From UHGV virus genome UHGV-0294568: a stretch of DNA of 12,356 nt, one strand, 5' to 3'. This stretch comes from a virus. Position numbers and translations under genes: made by a program. Under the pieces are notes generated by a model. The model saw nothing but the letters and a program-made list of their open reading frames with translations, was not told where the DNA came from and ran no database searches. Positions 1 through 9,527 of the stretch are shown here, piece by piece. The stretch's first letter is position 1. Every line of letters starts with the position of its first letter.

Positions 1-518
1 GGCTGAGTGAGGCCGACCGGCGGCTGCAGGTGCAGAGTGATTTGCCGTGGTGGCTGGTCTGCCGGGGGACGATTCATAAGTTCCGCTGTGTGCCGCATCT
101 CACCGGGCGGCGCTTTGAGCACGGTGTGACGGACTGTTACACGCTGCTCCGGGATGCTTACCATCTGGCGGGAATTGAGATGCCTGATTTTCATCGTGAG
201 GATGACTGGTGGCGTAACGGCCAGAATCTCTATCTGGATAATCTGGAGGCGACGGGGCTGTATCAGGTGCCGTTGTCAGCGGCACAGCCGGGCGATGTGC
301 TGCTGTGCTGTTTTGGTTCATCGGTGCCGAATCACGCCGCAATTTACTGCGGCGACGGCGAGCTGCTGCACCATATTCCTGAACAACTGAGCAAACGAGA
401 GAGGTACACCGACAAATGGCAGCGACGCACACACTCCCTCTGGCGTCACCGGGCATGGCGCGCATCTGCCTTTACGGGGATTTGCAACGATTTGGCCGCC
501 GCATCGACCTTCGTGTGA
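1..518 (+). CDS. K: Tail assembly protein K, 5'-truncated by the window edge (C-terminal NlpC/P60-like part)
   Basis: Reading frame is open from base 3, so the track's GTG at 30 is not the true start. The product has a Cys/His signature typical of NlpC/P60 (GVTDCYTLLRDAY ... NHAAIYCGDGELLHH). The 3' end overlaps the I start by 103 nt, as I recall for lambda K/I. Confidence 0.8.
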   Translation, partial: LSEADRRLQVQSDLPWWLVCRGTIHKFRCVPHLTGRRFEHGVTDCYTLLRDAYHLAGIEMPDFHREDDWWRNGQNLYLDNLEATGLYQVPLSAAQPGDVLLCCFGSSVPNHAAIYCGDGELLHHIPEQLSKRERYTDKWQRRTHSLWRHRAWRASAFTGICNDLAAASTFV

Positions 519-1057
519 AAACGGGGGCCGAAGCCATCCGGGCGCTGGCCACACAGCTCCCGGCGTTTCGTCAGAAACTGAATGACGGCTGGTATCAGGT
601 GCGCATTGCCGGGCGTGATGCAGGTGAAACCGAATTATCTGCCCGTCTTAATGAGCCGCTGGCAAATGGTGCCGTGATCCACATCGTACCGCGTCTGGCG
701 GGTGCCAAAAGTGGCGGTATTTTTCAGGCAGTGCTGGGTGCGGCGCTAATTGCTACGGCAATCTGGATGCCGGGGCTTAGTATTGTTGCAAGTAATCTCA
801 TGTTCTCTCTTGGGGCAGGTATGGTTTTAGGCGGTGTTGCGCAGATGCTGGCACCGAAAGCCAAAACGCCTAAAGTGTCAGCCACTGATAACGGTAAGCA
901 AAATACCTATTTTTCCTCATTGGATAACATGGTTGCCCAGGGCAATGTCCTGCCTGTTCTGTACGGTGAAATGCGCGTTGGGTCACGTGTGGCATCTCAG
1001 GAGATCAGCACGGCAGATGAAGGGGATGGTGGTCAGGTTGTGGTAATTGGGCGGTAA
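416..1057 (+). CDS. I: Tail assembly protein I
   Basis: The 213-aa product begins MAATHTLPLASPGMARICLYGDLQRFGRRIDLRVKTGAEAIRALATQLPAFRQKL, matching my recollection of lambda gpI. It sits between K and J and has a hydrophobic C-terminal half. Confidence 0.9.
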   Translation: MAATHTLPLASPGMARICLYGDLQRFGRRIDLRVKTGAEAIRALATQLPAFRQKLNDGWYQVRIAGRDAGETELSARLNEPLANGAVIHIVPRLAGAKSGGIFQAVLGAALIATAIWMPGLSIVASNLMFSLGAGMVLGGVAQMLAPKAKTPKVSATDNGKQNTYFSSLDNMVAQGNVLPVLYGEMRVGSRVASQEISTADEGDGGQVVVIGR

Positions 1058-1129
1058 TATTATTTACTCATGTTCTAACTGATTTAATATTTATATCGAA
1101 CACTGATAATTATTCTGTTGGTTAGCTAT

Positions 1130-1468
1130 ATGAACAAAACGATTTTATTCTGCACGATTATTGCCTTAACAGGATGTAAATCTTTGGATTACGTAAAATC
1201 CGGCAAGCCTGTAATGGAAGGTAATTCATTAAAAAATATTGATGAATTGTCAGGCTGCATATCCAGACAATGGGCTGGTAATGGAACACCTATAACATCC
1301 ATTCCTATTGAGAATGGGGTAAGCCTTTTAGTTCCACAGGCTATGGGTGGGTATGATGTTGTGCTTGATATCAAAAAAGCAGGAAATGGCAGTAGTTTTA
1401 CTCTTTATGAACGCGTACCAGCATTAACGCCAAAAATTTTTGCTGATAGTGTTAATGCATGTAAATAA
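1130..1468 (+). CDS. Small lipoprotein of unknown function (moron inserted between I and J)
   Basis: ATG at 1130 gives MNKTILFCTIIALTGCKS, a signal peptide with lipobox LTGC. The track's upstream start at 1118 is TTG. The gene is visibly AT-rich relative to the flanking tail genes and has its own terminator. Lambda has no gene at this position. Confidence 0.6.
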   Translation: MNKTILFCTIIALTGCKSLDYVKSGKPVMEGNSLKNIDELSGCISRQWAGNGTPITSIPIENGVSLLVPQAMGGYDVVLDIKKAGNGSSFTLYERVPALTPKIFADSVNACK

Positions 1469-1492
1469 TAGTTAATCCTGCCGTAACTCATG

Positions 1493-1520
1493 AGCCGCCT
1501 TTTGGGCGGCTTTGTTGTTT
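1493..1520 (+). terminator. Rho-independent terminator-like hairpin after the lipoprotein gene
   Basis: AGCCGCC (1493-1499), loop TTTTG, GGCGGCT (1505-1511), then TTTGTTGTTT. It lies 15 nt upstream of the J start codon. Confidence 0.5.
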
Positions 1521-1534
1521 ATGGAGTGTGAGGA

Positions 1535-4500
1535 ATGGGTAAAGGTAGCAGTAAGGGGCATACCCCGCGCGAAGCGAAGGACAACCTGAAGTCCACGCAG
1601 TTGCTGAGTGTGATCGATGCCATCAGCGAAGGGCCGATTGAAGGTCCGGTGGATGGATTAAAAAGCGTGCTGCTGAACAGTACGCCAGTGCTGGACAGTG
1701 AGGGGAATACCAATATCTCCGGTGTCACGGTGGTGTTCCGGGCCGGTGAGCAGGAGCAGACACCGCCGGAGGGATTTGAATCCTCTGGCTCCGAGACGGT
1801 GCTGGGTACGGAAGTGAAATACGACACGCCGATCACCCGGACCATCACGTCGGCAAACATTGACCGACTGCGTTTTACCTTCGGCGTGCAGGCACTGGTG
1901 GAAACCACCTCAAAGGGGGACAGGAATCCGTCGGAAGTCCGCCTGCTGGTTCAGATCCAGCGTAATGGTGGCTGGGTGACGGAAAAAGACATCACCATTA
2001 AGGGCAAAACCACCTCGCAGTATCTGGCCTCGGTGGTGGTGGGTAACCTGCCGCCGCGCCCGTTCAATATACGGATGCGCAGGATGACGCCGGACAGCAC
2101 CACAGACCAGCTGCAGAACAAAACGCTCTGGTCGTCATACACCGAAATCATCGATGTGAAACAGTGCTACCCGAACACGGCACTGGTCGGCGTGCAGGTG
2201 GACTCGGAGCAGTTCGGCAGCCAGCAGGTGAGCCGTAATTATCATCTTCGCGGACGCATTCTGCAGGTGCCGTCGAACTATAACCCGCAGACGCGGCAAT
2301 ACAGCGGTATCTGGGACGGAACGTTTAAGCCAGCATACAGCAACAACATGGCCTGGTGTCTGTGGGATATGCTGACCCACCCGCGTTACGGCATGGGTAA
2401 ACGTCTTGGTGCGGCAGATGTGGATAAATGGGCGCTGTATGTCATCGGCCAGTGTTGCGACCAGTCGGTGCCGGACGGTTTTGGCGGCACGGAGCCGCGC
2501 ATCACCTGTAATGCCTGGCTGACCACACAGCGTAAGGTGTGGGATGTTCTCAGTGATTTCTGCTCGGCGATGCGCTGTATGCCGGTATGGAACGGGCAGA
2601 CGCTGACGTTCGTGCAGGACCGGCCATCAGATAAGGTGTGGACCTATAACCGCAGTAATGTGGTGATGCCGGATGATGGCGCGCCGTTCCGCTACAGCTT
2701 CAGCGCCCTGAAGGACCGCCATAATGCCGTTGAGGTGAACTGGATTGACCCGGACAACGGCTGGGAGACGGCGACAGAGCTTGTGGAGGATACGCAGGCC
2801 ATTGCCCGTTACGGTCGTAACGTCACGAAGATGGATGCCTTTGGCTGTACCAGCCGGGGGCAGGCACACCGCGCCGGGCTGTGGCTGATTAAAACGGAGC
2901 TGCTGGAAACGCAGACCGTGGACTTCAGCGTGGGTGCTGAAGGGCTTCGCCATGTACCGGGCGATGTCATTGAAATCTGCGATGATGACTATGTCGGTAT
3001 CAGCACCGGTGGTCGCGTGCTGGCGGTGAACAGCCAGACCCGGACGCTGACGCTCGACCGTGAAATCACGCTGCCATCCTCCGGTACCACGCTGATAAGC
3101 CTGGTTGACGGAAGTGGCAATCCGGTCAGCGTGGAGGTCCAGTCCGTCACCGACGGCGTGAAGGTAAAAGTGAGCCGTGTTCCTGACGGCGTTGCCGGAT
3201 ACAGCGTATGGGGGCTGAAGCTGCCGACGCTGCGCCAGCGCCTGTTCCGCTGCGTGAGTATCCGTGAGAACGATGACGGCACGTATGCCATCACCGCCGT
3301 GCAGCATGTACCGGAAAAAGAGGCCATCGTGGATAACGGGGCGCACTTTGACGGCGACCAGAGCGGCACGGTGAATGGTGTCACGCCGCCAGCAGTGCAG
3401 CATCTGACCGCCGAAGTCACCGCAGACAGCGGGGAATATCAGGTGCTGGCGCGCTGGGACACGCCGAAGGTGGTGAAGGGCGTGAGCTTCCTGCTCCGTC
3501 TGACCGTAACAGCGGATGACGGCAGTGAGTGGCTGGTCAGCACGGCCCGGACGACGGAAACCACTTACCGCTTCACACAACTGGCTCTGGGGAACTACAG
3601 GCTGACAGTCCGGGCAGTAAATGCATGGGGACAGCAGGGCGATCCGGCGTCGGTATCGTTCCGGATTGCCGCACCGGCAGCGCCGTCGCGGATTGAGCTG
3701 ACGCCGGGCTATTTTCAGATAACCGCCACGCCGCATCTTGCGGTTTATGATCCGACGGTACAGTTTGAGTTCTGGTTCTCGGAAAAGCGGATTACCGATA
3801 TCAGGCAGGTTGAAACCACAGCACGCTATCTTGGTACGGCGTTGTACTGGATAGCCGCCAGTATCAATATCAAACCGGGCCATAATTATTATTTTTACGT
3901 TCGCAGTGTGAACACCGTTGGCAAATCGGCATTCGTGGAGGCTGTTGGTCAGCCGAGTGATGACGCATCCGGCTATCTGGATTTTTTCAAAGGCGAGATA
4001 GGGAAAACCCATCTGGCTCAGGAGCTGTGGACGCAGATTGATAACGGTCAGCTTGCGCCTGACCTGGCTGAAATCAGGACATCCATTACGGATGTCAGCA
4101 ATGAAATCACACAGACCGTCAATAAGAAACTGGAAGACCAGAGTGCGGCAATTCAGCAGATACAGAAGGTTCAGGTTGATACAAATAATAACCTGAACAG
4201 CATGTGGGCTGTGAAGCTGCAGCAGATGCAGGACGGACGCCTTTATATCGCGGGTATTGGTGCCGGTATTGAGAACACCCCTGACGGCATGCAGAGTCAG
4301 GTGCTGCTGGCGGCAGACAGGATTGCGATGATTAATCCTGCGAATGGCAACACAAAGCCGATGTTTGTTGGTCAGGGCGATCAGATATTCATGAACGAAG
4401 TGTTCCTGAAACGCCTGACGGCTCCCACCATTACCAGCGGCGGTAATCCTCCGGTATTTTCCCTGACACCGGACGGGCGGCTGACGGCGAAAAATGCCGA

Positions 4501-5032
4501 TATCAGCGGTAACGTGAATGCGAACGCCGGGACGCTCAACAATGTCACGGTAAATGAAAACTGTACGATTAAGGGCATGCTGGAGGCGACTCAGGTCAGA
4601 GGTGACTTCGTTAAAGCTGTATCCAAATCATTCCCGAAACAGGCTGGTACGTGGGGTAACACGGAAACACCAAACGGGACGGTTACAGTCACCATCAGCG
4701 ATGATCATAACTTTGACCGTCAAATCATTATTCCACCCATTATCTTTAACGGAATAGCGTATAGCGATCCGGGAAGTGGTAATAACCCGGGAGGTACAAG
4801 ATACACGGGTTATGGTTTTGAAGTTCGCAAAAACGGTGTATTAATCGCATCCAGAGAAACTAAAGGGGCCATTCCCGGTAGCTACAGTGCGGTTATTGAT
4901 ATGCCGAGTGGCAGGGGAAGCGTCACTCTGGAGTTTAAGGTTTTCCATAAAGGCAATCAGTGGGCAGGTAATATCACCGACTGTACGGTGATTGTGACCA
5001 AAAAAGCTGCTTCCGGCATCAGTATTCGTTGA
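1535..5032 (+). CDS. J: Host specificity protein J (tail tip central fibre)
   Basis: The 1165-aa ORF starts [54 protein letters not shown], as I recall for lambda J. Size and position after I match the lambdoid order. GGAG lies 8 nt upstream of the ATG. Confidence 0.95.
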   Translation: MGKGSSKGHTPREAKDNLKSTQLLSVIDAISEGPIEGPVDGLKSVLLNSTPVLDSEGNTNISGVTVVFRAGEQEQTPPEGFESSGSETVLGTEVKYDTPITRTITSANIDRLRFTFGVQALVETTSKGDRNPSEVRLLVQIQRNGGWVTEKDITIKGKTTSQYLASVVVGNLPPRPFNIRMRRMTPDSTTDQLQNKTLWSSYTEIIDVKQCYPNTALVGVQVDSEQFGSQQVSRNYHLRGRILQVPSNYNPQTRQYSGIWDGTFKPAYSNNMAWCLWDMLTHPRYGMGKRLGAADVDKWALYVIGQCCDQSVPDGFGGTEPRITCNAWLTTQRKVWDVLSDFCSAMRCMPVWNGQTLTFVQDRPSDKVWTYNRSNVVMPDDGAPFRYSFSALKDRHNAVEVNWIDPDNGWETATELVEDTQAIARYGRNVTKMDAFGCTSRGQAHRAGLWLIKTELLETQTVDFSVGAEGLRHVPGDVIEICDDDYVGISTGGRVLAVNSQTRTLTLDREITLPSSGTTLISLVDGSGNPVSVEVQSVTDGVKVKVSRVPDGVAGYSVWGLKLPTLRQRLFRCVSIRENDDGTYAITAVQHVPEKEAIVDNGAHFDGDQSGTVNGVTPPAVQHLTAEVTADSGEYQVLARWDTPKVVKGVSFLLRLTVTADDGSEWLVSTARTTETTYRFTQLALGNYRLTVRAVNAWGQQGDPASVSFRIAAPAAPSRIELTPGYFQITATPHLAVYDPTVQFEFWFSEKRITDIRQVETTARYLGTALYWIAASINIKPGHNYYFYVRSVNTVGKSAFVEAVGQPSDDASGYLDFFKGEIGKTHLAQELWTQIDNGQLAPDLAEIRTSITDVSNEITQTVNKKLEDQSAAIQQIQKVQVDTNNNLNSMWAVKLQQMQDGRLYIAGIGAGIENTPDGMQSQVLLAADRIAMINPANGNTKPMFVGQGDQIFMNEVFLKRLTAPTITSGGNPPVFSLTPDGRLTAKNADISGNVNANAGTLNNVTVNENCTIKGMLEATQVRGDFVKAVSKSFPKQAGTWGNTETPNGTVTVTISDDHNFDRQIIIPPIIFNGIAYSDPGSGNNPGGTRYTGYGFEVRKNGVLIASRETKGAIPGSYSAVIDMPSGRGSVTLEFKVFHKGNQWAGNITDCTVIVTKKAASGISIR

Positions 5033-5053
5033 AGTTGTTATAACCCATATAAG

Positions 5054-5077
5054 GGCACCAGAAATGGTGCCTTTTTT
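5054..5077 (+). terminator. Rho-independent terminator after J
   Basis: GGCACC (5054-5059), loop AGAAAT, GGTGCC (5066-5071), then TTTTTT (5072-5077). Confidence 0.6.
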
Positions 5078-5101
5078 ATTGCAGAAAAGCGAGAGGTAAT
5101 T

Positions 5102-5701
5102 ATGCGTAAACTTTATGCCGCCATTTTGTCCGCAGCCATTTGTCTGGCCGTATCCGGTGCGCCTGCATGGGCATCTGAACATCAGTCCACGCTGAGCGCG
5201 GGGTATCTTCATGCCCGGACCAACGTTCCCGGCAGCGATGATCTGAACGGGATTAACGTGAAATACCGTTATGAGTTTACGGACACACTGGGGCTGGTGA
5301 CGTCATTCAGCTATGCAGGAGACAAGAATCGCCAGCTGACCCATTACAGCGATACCCGCTGGCATGAGGATTCCGTGCGTAACCGCTGGTTCAGCGTGAT
5401 GGCGGGGCCGTCTGTACGTGTGAATGAATGGTTCAGCGCGTATGCGATGGCAGGCGTGGCTTACAGCCGTGTGTCGACTTTTTCCGGGGATTATCTCCGC
5501 GTAACTGACAACAAGGGAAAAACGCACGACGTGCTGACCGGAAGTGATGACGCTCGCCACAGTAACACCTCTCTGGCGTGGGGAGCTGGCGTGCAGTTTA
5601 ACCCGACCGAATCCGTGGCCGTTGATGTCGCTTATGAAGGCTCCGGCAGTGGCAACTGGCGCACTGACGGGTTCATCGTGGGTGTCGGTTATAAGTTCTG
5701 A
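5102..5701 (+). CDS. lom: Lom outer membrane protein (Ail/Lom/PagC/Rck family beta-barrel)
   Basis: The 199-aa product has a signal peptide (MRKLYAAILSAAICLAVSGAPAWA) and ends in the aromatic residue F (GFIVGVGYKF), typical of OMP beta-barrels. It is at the lambda lom position between J and stf, with AGAGGT 5 nt upstream of the ATG. Confidence 0.85.
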   Translation: MRKLYAAILSAAICLAVSGAPAWASEHQSTLSAGYLHARTNVPGSDDLNGINVKYRYEFTDTLGLVTSFSYAGDKNRQLTHYSDTRWHEDSVRNRWFSVMAGPSVRVNEWFSAYAMAGVAYSRVSTFSGDYLRVTDNKGKTHDVLTGSDDARHSNTSLAWGAGVQFNPTESVAVDVAYEGSGSGNWRTDGFIVGVGYKF

Positions 5702-5727
5702 TTAGCCAGGTAACACAGTGTTATGAC

Positions 5728-5754
5728 AGCCCGCCGGTTCAGGCGGGCTTTTTT
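5728..5754 (+). terminator. Rho-independent terminator after lom
   Basis: AGCCCGCC (5728-5735), loop GGTTCA, GGCGGGCT (5742-5749), then TTTTT (5750-5754). Confidence 0.65.
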
Positions 5755-5765
5755 GTGGGGTGAAT

Positions 5766-8700
5766 ATGGCAGTAAAGATTTCAGGTGTACTGAAAGACGG
5801 TGCAGGTAAACCGGTACAGAACTGCACAATCCAGCTGAAAGCAAAACGTAACAGCACCACGGTGGTGGTGAACACGGTGGCATCTGAAAATCCGGATGAA
5901 GCCGGGCGTTACAGCATGGACGTTGAGTACGGTCAGTACAGCGTTATTCTGTTGGTGGAAGGATTCCCGCCGTCACATGCCGGGACCATCACCGTGTATG
6001 AAGATTCCCGACCCGGTACGCTGAATGATTTTCTCGGTGCCATGACGGAGGATGATGCCCGTCCGGAGGCACTGCGCCGCTTTGAACTGATGGTGGAAGA
6101 GGTGGCGCGTAACGCGTCCGCAGTGGCGCAGAACACAGCAGCCGCGAAGAAGTCAGCCAGCGATGCCGGCACATCAGCCCGTGAGGCGGCAACCCGTGCG
6201 ACTGATGCTGCAGGCTCAGCACGTGCAGCCAGCACGTCAGCCGGACAGGCCGCGTCGTCGGCTCAGTCAGCGTCTTCCAGCGCAGGAACGGCATCAGCAA
6301 AGGCTACTGAAGCATCAAAAAGTGCTGCCGCTGCAGAGTCTTCAAAAAGCGCGGCAGCCACCAGTGCCGGTGCAGCGAAAACGTCGGAAATGAATGCCGC
6401 AGCATCACAAAAATCTGCGGCCACATCTGCATCCACCGCGACCACGAAAGCGTCAGAAGCTGCCACCTCAGCCCGGGATGCGTCGGCTTCAAAAGTGGCG
6501 GCAAAATCATCAGAAACGAGCGCTGCCTCGAGCGCCGGCAGTGCAGCTTCCTCGGCAACGGCAGCAGGAAATTCCGCGAAGGCCGCAAAAACGTCTGAGA
6601 CGAATGCGGATAACAGCGCACAGGCGGCAGCAGACTCACAAACTGCATCGGCAAACTCCGCGACAGCAGCCAAAAAATCAGAAACCAACGCGAAAAATAG
6701 TGAGTCAGCAGCAAAGGTCAGCGAAACCAACGCTAAAGCGTCAGAGAACAAGGCGAAAGAATATCTCGACAAGGTCGGGGGACTCGTCAGCCCGATGACG
6801 CAATACGATTGGCCTGTTGTTACTGCTAGTGAGTCTCTTTACATCAAGATCGCGAAACTTTCCGATCCTGGAACCAGCAGAAGTCATGTAACGCTAATGG
6901 TTACTAACGCTGGTAACTACGGCTCCCCTTACGGAAACATTGACTTTATCGAGATCTCGGCGCGCGGTCTGCCTTCTTTGCTTAGTGCGGATAATGTTTC
7001 TCGTCATCTGAGTATACGCCGCTTAGGGTCAACCGGGCTGACCGATAACAACCAGATGCGTTACGGCCTGGTTAAAGGTGACGGCTTTATTGAGGTTTGG
7101 GCATTCCAGGGTGCGTTTATTAACGACGCAAAGGTTGCGGTGCTGGCGCAGACAACACTAAACACAGAATTATACATTCCAGACGGATTTGTTAAGCAAA
7201 CCGCCGCGCCTTCTGGATATATTGAAGGCAACGTTGTAAGGATTTACGACCAGGTAAACAAGCCGACTAAAGCAGATTTGGGCCTTTCTAATGCTATGCT
7301 TATAGGCGCTTTTGGTCTTGGCGGTAGCGGTCTTGTTTTGGATGGTAAAATGACCGATAAGGAACTACTACAAGAGCTAAGGGCGAAAGGTGGGTGTTTC
7401 TGGAGGTCAGGAAAACCAACAGGTAGCGAATCAACAATTTTCAGCCACGGTTCTGGTATATTCTCGCGGTGCGGCGATACGTGGTCAGCTATTAATATCG
7501 ATTACGAAAGCGGTAGAGTAAAGATTTACTCTAGTAACGATAATAGACTCAACAATGGTACTTTTAACATAAATGAGCTATACGGAACCAAATACAAGCC
7601 GTCGAAATCGGATGTTGGACTTGGTAACGTAACTAACGATGCGCAGGTGAAAAAATCCGGCGACATTATGTCAGGTAATCTGTCGATCACTAAAGCAACA
7701 CCTTCACTATTCCTGCGTTCAAAAAGTGGAACCGCCCATGTATGGTTCCAAAATGAGGATCAGTCGGAACGCGGCGTTATTTTTGCGCCTACAAATACTG
7801 ATACGCTTGGCGAAGTTCACATCAGGGCTAAAAACGCAAAAGGTCAATCAAGTGGTGATTTTATTGTTCGTCACGACGGGATGGTTGAAGCCCGTGATCT
7901 CACATTAGCGGGTAAAACTAAAGGCGCAAAAGCAGAATTTGCAAACACAAGCACTAGATCCGATGATACTACGGTAAGCATAAAAGGATCTCAGCATACT
8001 CCTCTGGTTTTAACGCGCAACAACACAATTAAAAATTTATCCATTGGGTTTAAGGTTGATGACGTTGACCAAAAATATCTCGGCATATACGGTGACGGTG
8101 ATTTGTATTTTGGTGGTTATTCTGACCACACAAAAAACAGCAAAGTAATTACACAAGCAATACTCGATAGCGGGGTAACGGTAGGCGGCAAAACAACATT
8201 TTCTGACCTTGCCACATTTAACGCAGGTATGTCTGGGCCTATCGAGCCGGAAGCCATTGAAGGCATGACTATCGATCTTAATGACCTTATCATTAAGTTC
8301 ACGGATAAAGGTTCAGTTAAATACTATCACTGCAAAACTGCCGGAGGCGGTTCGAATATTACCAATAAGCCTGACGGCGTAGGCGGCAACTTTTTGCTTC
8401 GTGTAGAGTCAATTCGTAAGGTTAGTGATTCAGATTATATAAACATGCAAACGCTGATTAGCGGCGACAAAGGACGCGTGCATGTTCGTTTTGTTACTAA
8501 TGGTAATTGGACAGCATGGAGCGAGCATGTTGTTTCAGGATGGAATCAGGATGTGACCGTCAGGTCGTTAACCTCGACGACTCCATCAAAATTAGGCGGC
8601 GGGCGTGTTGATGTGCTGGGGAGTACGTCAGATTACAGTAGTATGAATTGTGCTGTGCGCGGTGTTGATAGCACTGGAACCAATTCGGCGTGGTCAGTAG

Positions 8701-9527
8701 GTACATCGGAAAACACGGGAAAAATGTTGTGCCTTAAAAACCACAGAAGCAGCGCTCAAGTGCTGTTAAATGGCGATGATGGCGCGGTGCAACTACTAAG
8801 CGGTACTGTCAACGGTGCTACAGCACAGGCGCTAACCATCAACAAAGATGAGGTTAACTCAACTGCTGATTTAGTAATTAGAAAACAGTCAGGGACTGGC
8901 AATCGTTTTGTTTTAAAGAACGCAGGTAATGCAGAACTACCGTTTAACATCAGTGTATGGGGTTCAAGTGATCGACAAAACGTTTTTGAGGTTGGAACGT
9001 CTGCTGCGTATCTGTTTTATGCGCAAAGAACGCCAGCAGGCCAGTTGTTTGATGTAAATGGCGCTATTAATTGCACAACGCTGAATCAGTCATCAGACCG
9101 CGACCTTAAAGACGATATTCTCGTTATCAGCGACGCGACGAAAGCAATCCGCAAAATGAACGGGTACACCTACACGCTCAAGGAAAACGGCCTTCCTTAT
9201 GCTGGCGTTATTGCACAGGAAGTAATGGAGGCGCTACCGGAAGCCGTAGGATCGTTTACTCGTTACGGTGAAGAATTGCAGGGTCCGACCATTGATGGCA
9301 ACGAGCTACGCGAAGAAACGCGTTACCTCAATGTTGATTATGCGGCGGTGACTGGTTTACTTGTCCAGGTCGCCCGTGAAACAGATGATCGCGTTACCGC
9401 GCTGGAAGAGGAAAACACAACGCTACGTCAAAATCTGGCAACAGCAGACACCCGGATCAGCACTCTGGAAAATCAGGTAAGCGAACTGGTTGCACTTGTC
9501 CGGCAGTTAACAGGAAGCGAACATTGA
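5766..9527 (+). CDS. stf: Side tail fibre protein, mosaic: lambda Stf-like N-terminus, Ala/Ser/Thr-rich repeat block, divergent distal region, C-terminal intramolecular-chaperone (peptidase S74-like) domain
   Basis: ATG at 5766 gives MAVKISGVLKDGAGKPVQNCTIQLKAKRNSTTVVVNTVASENPDEAGRYSMDVEYGQYSV, as I recall for lambda Stf; the track start at 5760 is GTG. The C-terminus has SSDRDLKDDILVIS ... GYTYTLKENG followed by a heptad-like coiled coil (LEEENTTLRQNLATADTRISTLENQVSELVALVRQL), as in self-cleaving chaperone domains of endosialidase-type fibres. GC drops after about 6780. Confidence 0.85.
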   Translation: MAVKISGVLKDGAGKPVQNCTIQLKAKRNSTTVVVNTVASENPDEAGRYSMDVEYGQYSVILLVEGFPPSHAGTITVYEDSRPGTLNDFLGAMTEDDARPEALRRFELMVEEVARNASAVAQNTAAAKKSASDAGTSAREAATRATDAAGSARAASTSAGQAASSAQSASSSAGTASAKATEASKSAAAAESSKSAAATSAGAAKTSEMNAAASQKSAATSASTATTKASEAATSARDASASKVAAKSSETSAASSAGSAASSATAAGNSAKAAKTSETNADNSAQAAADSQTASANSATAAKKSETNAKNSESAAKVSETNAKASENKAKEYLDKVGGLVSPMTQYDWPVVTASESLYIKIAKLSDPGTSRSHVTLMVTNAGNYGSPYGNIDFIEISARGLPSLLSADNVSRHLSIRRLGSTGLTDNNQMRYGLVKGDGFIEVWAFQGAFINDAKVAVLAQTTLNTELYIPDGFVKQTAAPSGYIEGNVVRIYDQVNKPTKADLGLSNAMLIGAFGLGGSGLVLDGKMTDKELLQELRAKGGCFWRSGKPTGSESTIFSHGSGIFSRCGDTWSAINIDYESGRVKIYSSNDNRLNNGTFNINELYGTKYKPSKSDVGLGNVTNDAQVKKSGDIMSGNLSITKATPSLFLRSKSGTAHVWFQNEDQSERGVIFAPTNTDTLGEVHIRAKNAKGQSSGDFIVRHDGMVEARDLTLAGKTKGAKAEFANTSTRSDDTTVSIKGSQHTPLVLTRNNTIKNLSIGFKVDDVDQKYLGIYGDGDLYFGGYSDHTKNSKVITQAILDSGVTVGGKTTFSDLATFNAGMSGPIEPEAIEGMTIDLNDLIIKFTDKGSVKYYHCKTAGGGSNITNKPDGVGGNFLLRVESIRKVSDSDYINMQTLISGDKGRVHVRFVTNGNWTAWSEHVVSGWNQDVTVRSLTSTTPSKLGGGRVDVLGSTSDYSSMNCAVRGVDSTGTNSAWSVGTSENTGKMLCLKNHRSSAQVLLNGDDGAVQLLSGTVNGATAQALTINKDEVNSTADLVIRKQSGTGNRFVLKNAGNAELPFNISVWGSSDRQNVFEVGTSAAYLFYAQRTPAGQLFDVNGAINCTTLNQSSDRDLKDDILVISDATKAIRKMNGYTYTLKENGLPYAGVIAQEVMEALPEAVGSFTRYGEELQGPTIDGNELREETRYLNVDYAAVTGLLVQVARETDDRVTALEEENTTLRQNLATADTRISTLENQVSELVALVRQLTGSEH
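6111..6760 (+). repeat. Low-complexity imperfect tandem repeats inside stf (Ala/Ser/Thr-rich, recurring AAK(T/K)SETNA-like units)
   Basis: Protein residues about 118-335 are almost entirely A/S/T/K/E, with recurring units AAKTSEMNAAAS, AAKTSETNADNS, AAKKSETNAKNS and AKVSETNAKAS. The track's antisense ORFs here are composition artefacts. Confidence 0.6.

Noticed and set aside
100-554. Overlapping ORFs 100..465 (-), 154..390 (+) and 318..554 (-) within K and I
   Set aside because: They are embedded in or antisense to the K and I frames, and their products are low-complexity with no start or ribosome-binding context.
1118-1129. Track start of the lipoprotein ORF at 1118 (TTG)
   Set aside because: The in-frame ATG at 1130 gives a canonical lipoprotein signal peptide (MNKTILFCTIIALTGC), so the upstream TTG extension is unlikely to be the true start.
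2627-4012. Long antisense ORF (461 aa, - strand) inside J
   Set aside because: It lies wholly within the J sense frame, whose product is recognisably lambda J. The antisense protein is Arg/Pro/Gly-rich with no recognisable motifs, which is typical of a GC-rich antisense artefact.
5933-6798. Cluster of overlapping ORFs on both strands (100-169 aa) over the stf repeat region
   Set aside because: They are artefacts of the low-complexity repeat block: the products are poly-Ala/Arg/Pro strings, and the stf frame runs through the region in continuity with the lambda-like N-terminus.
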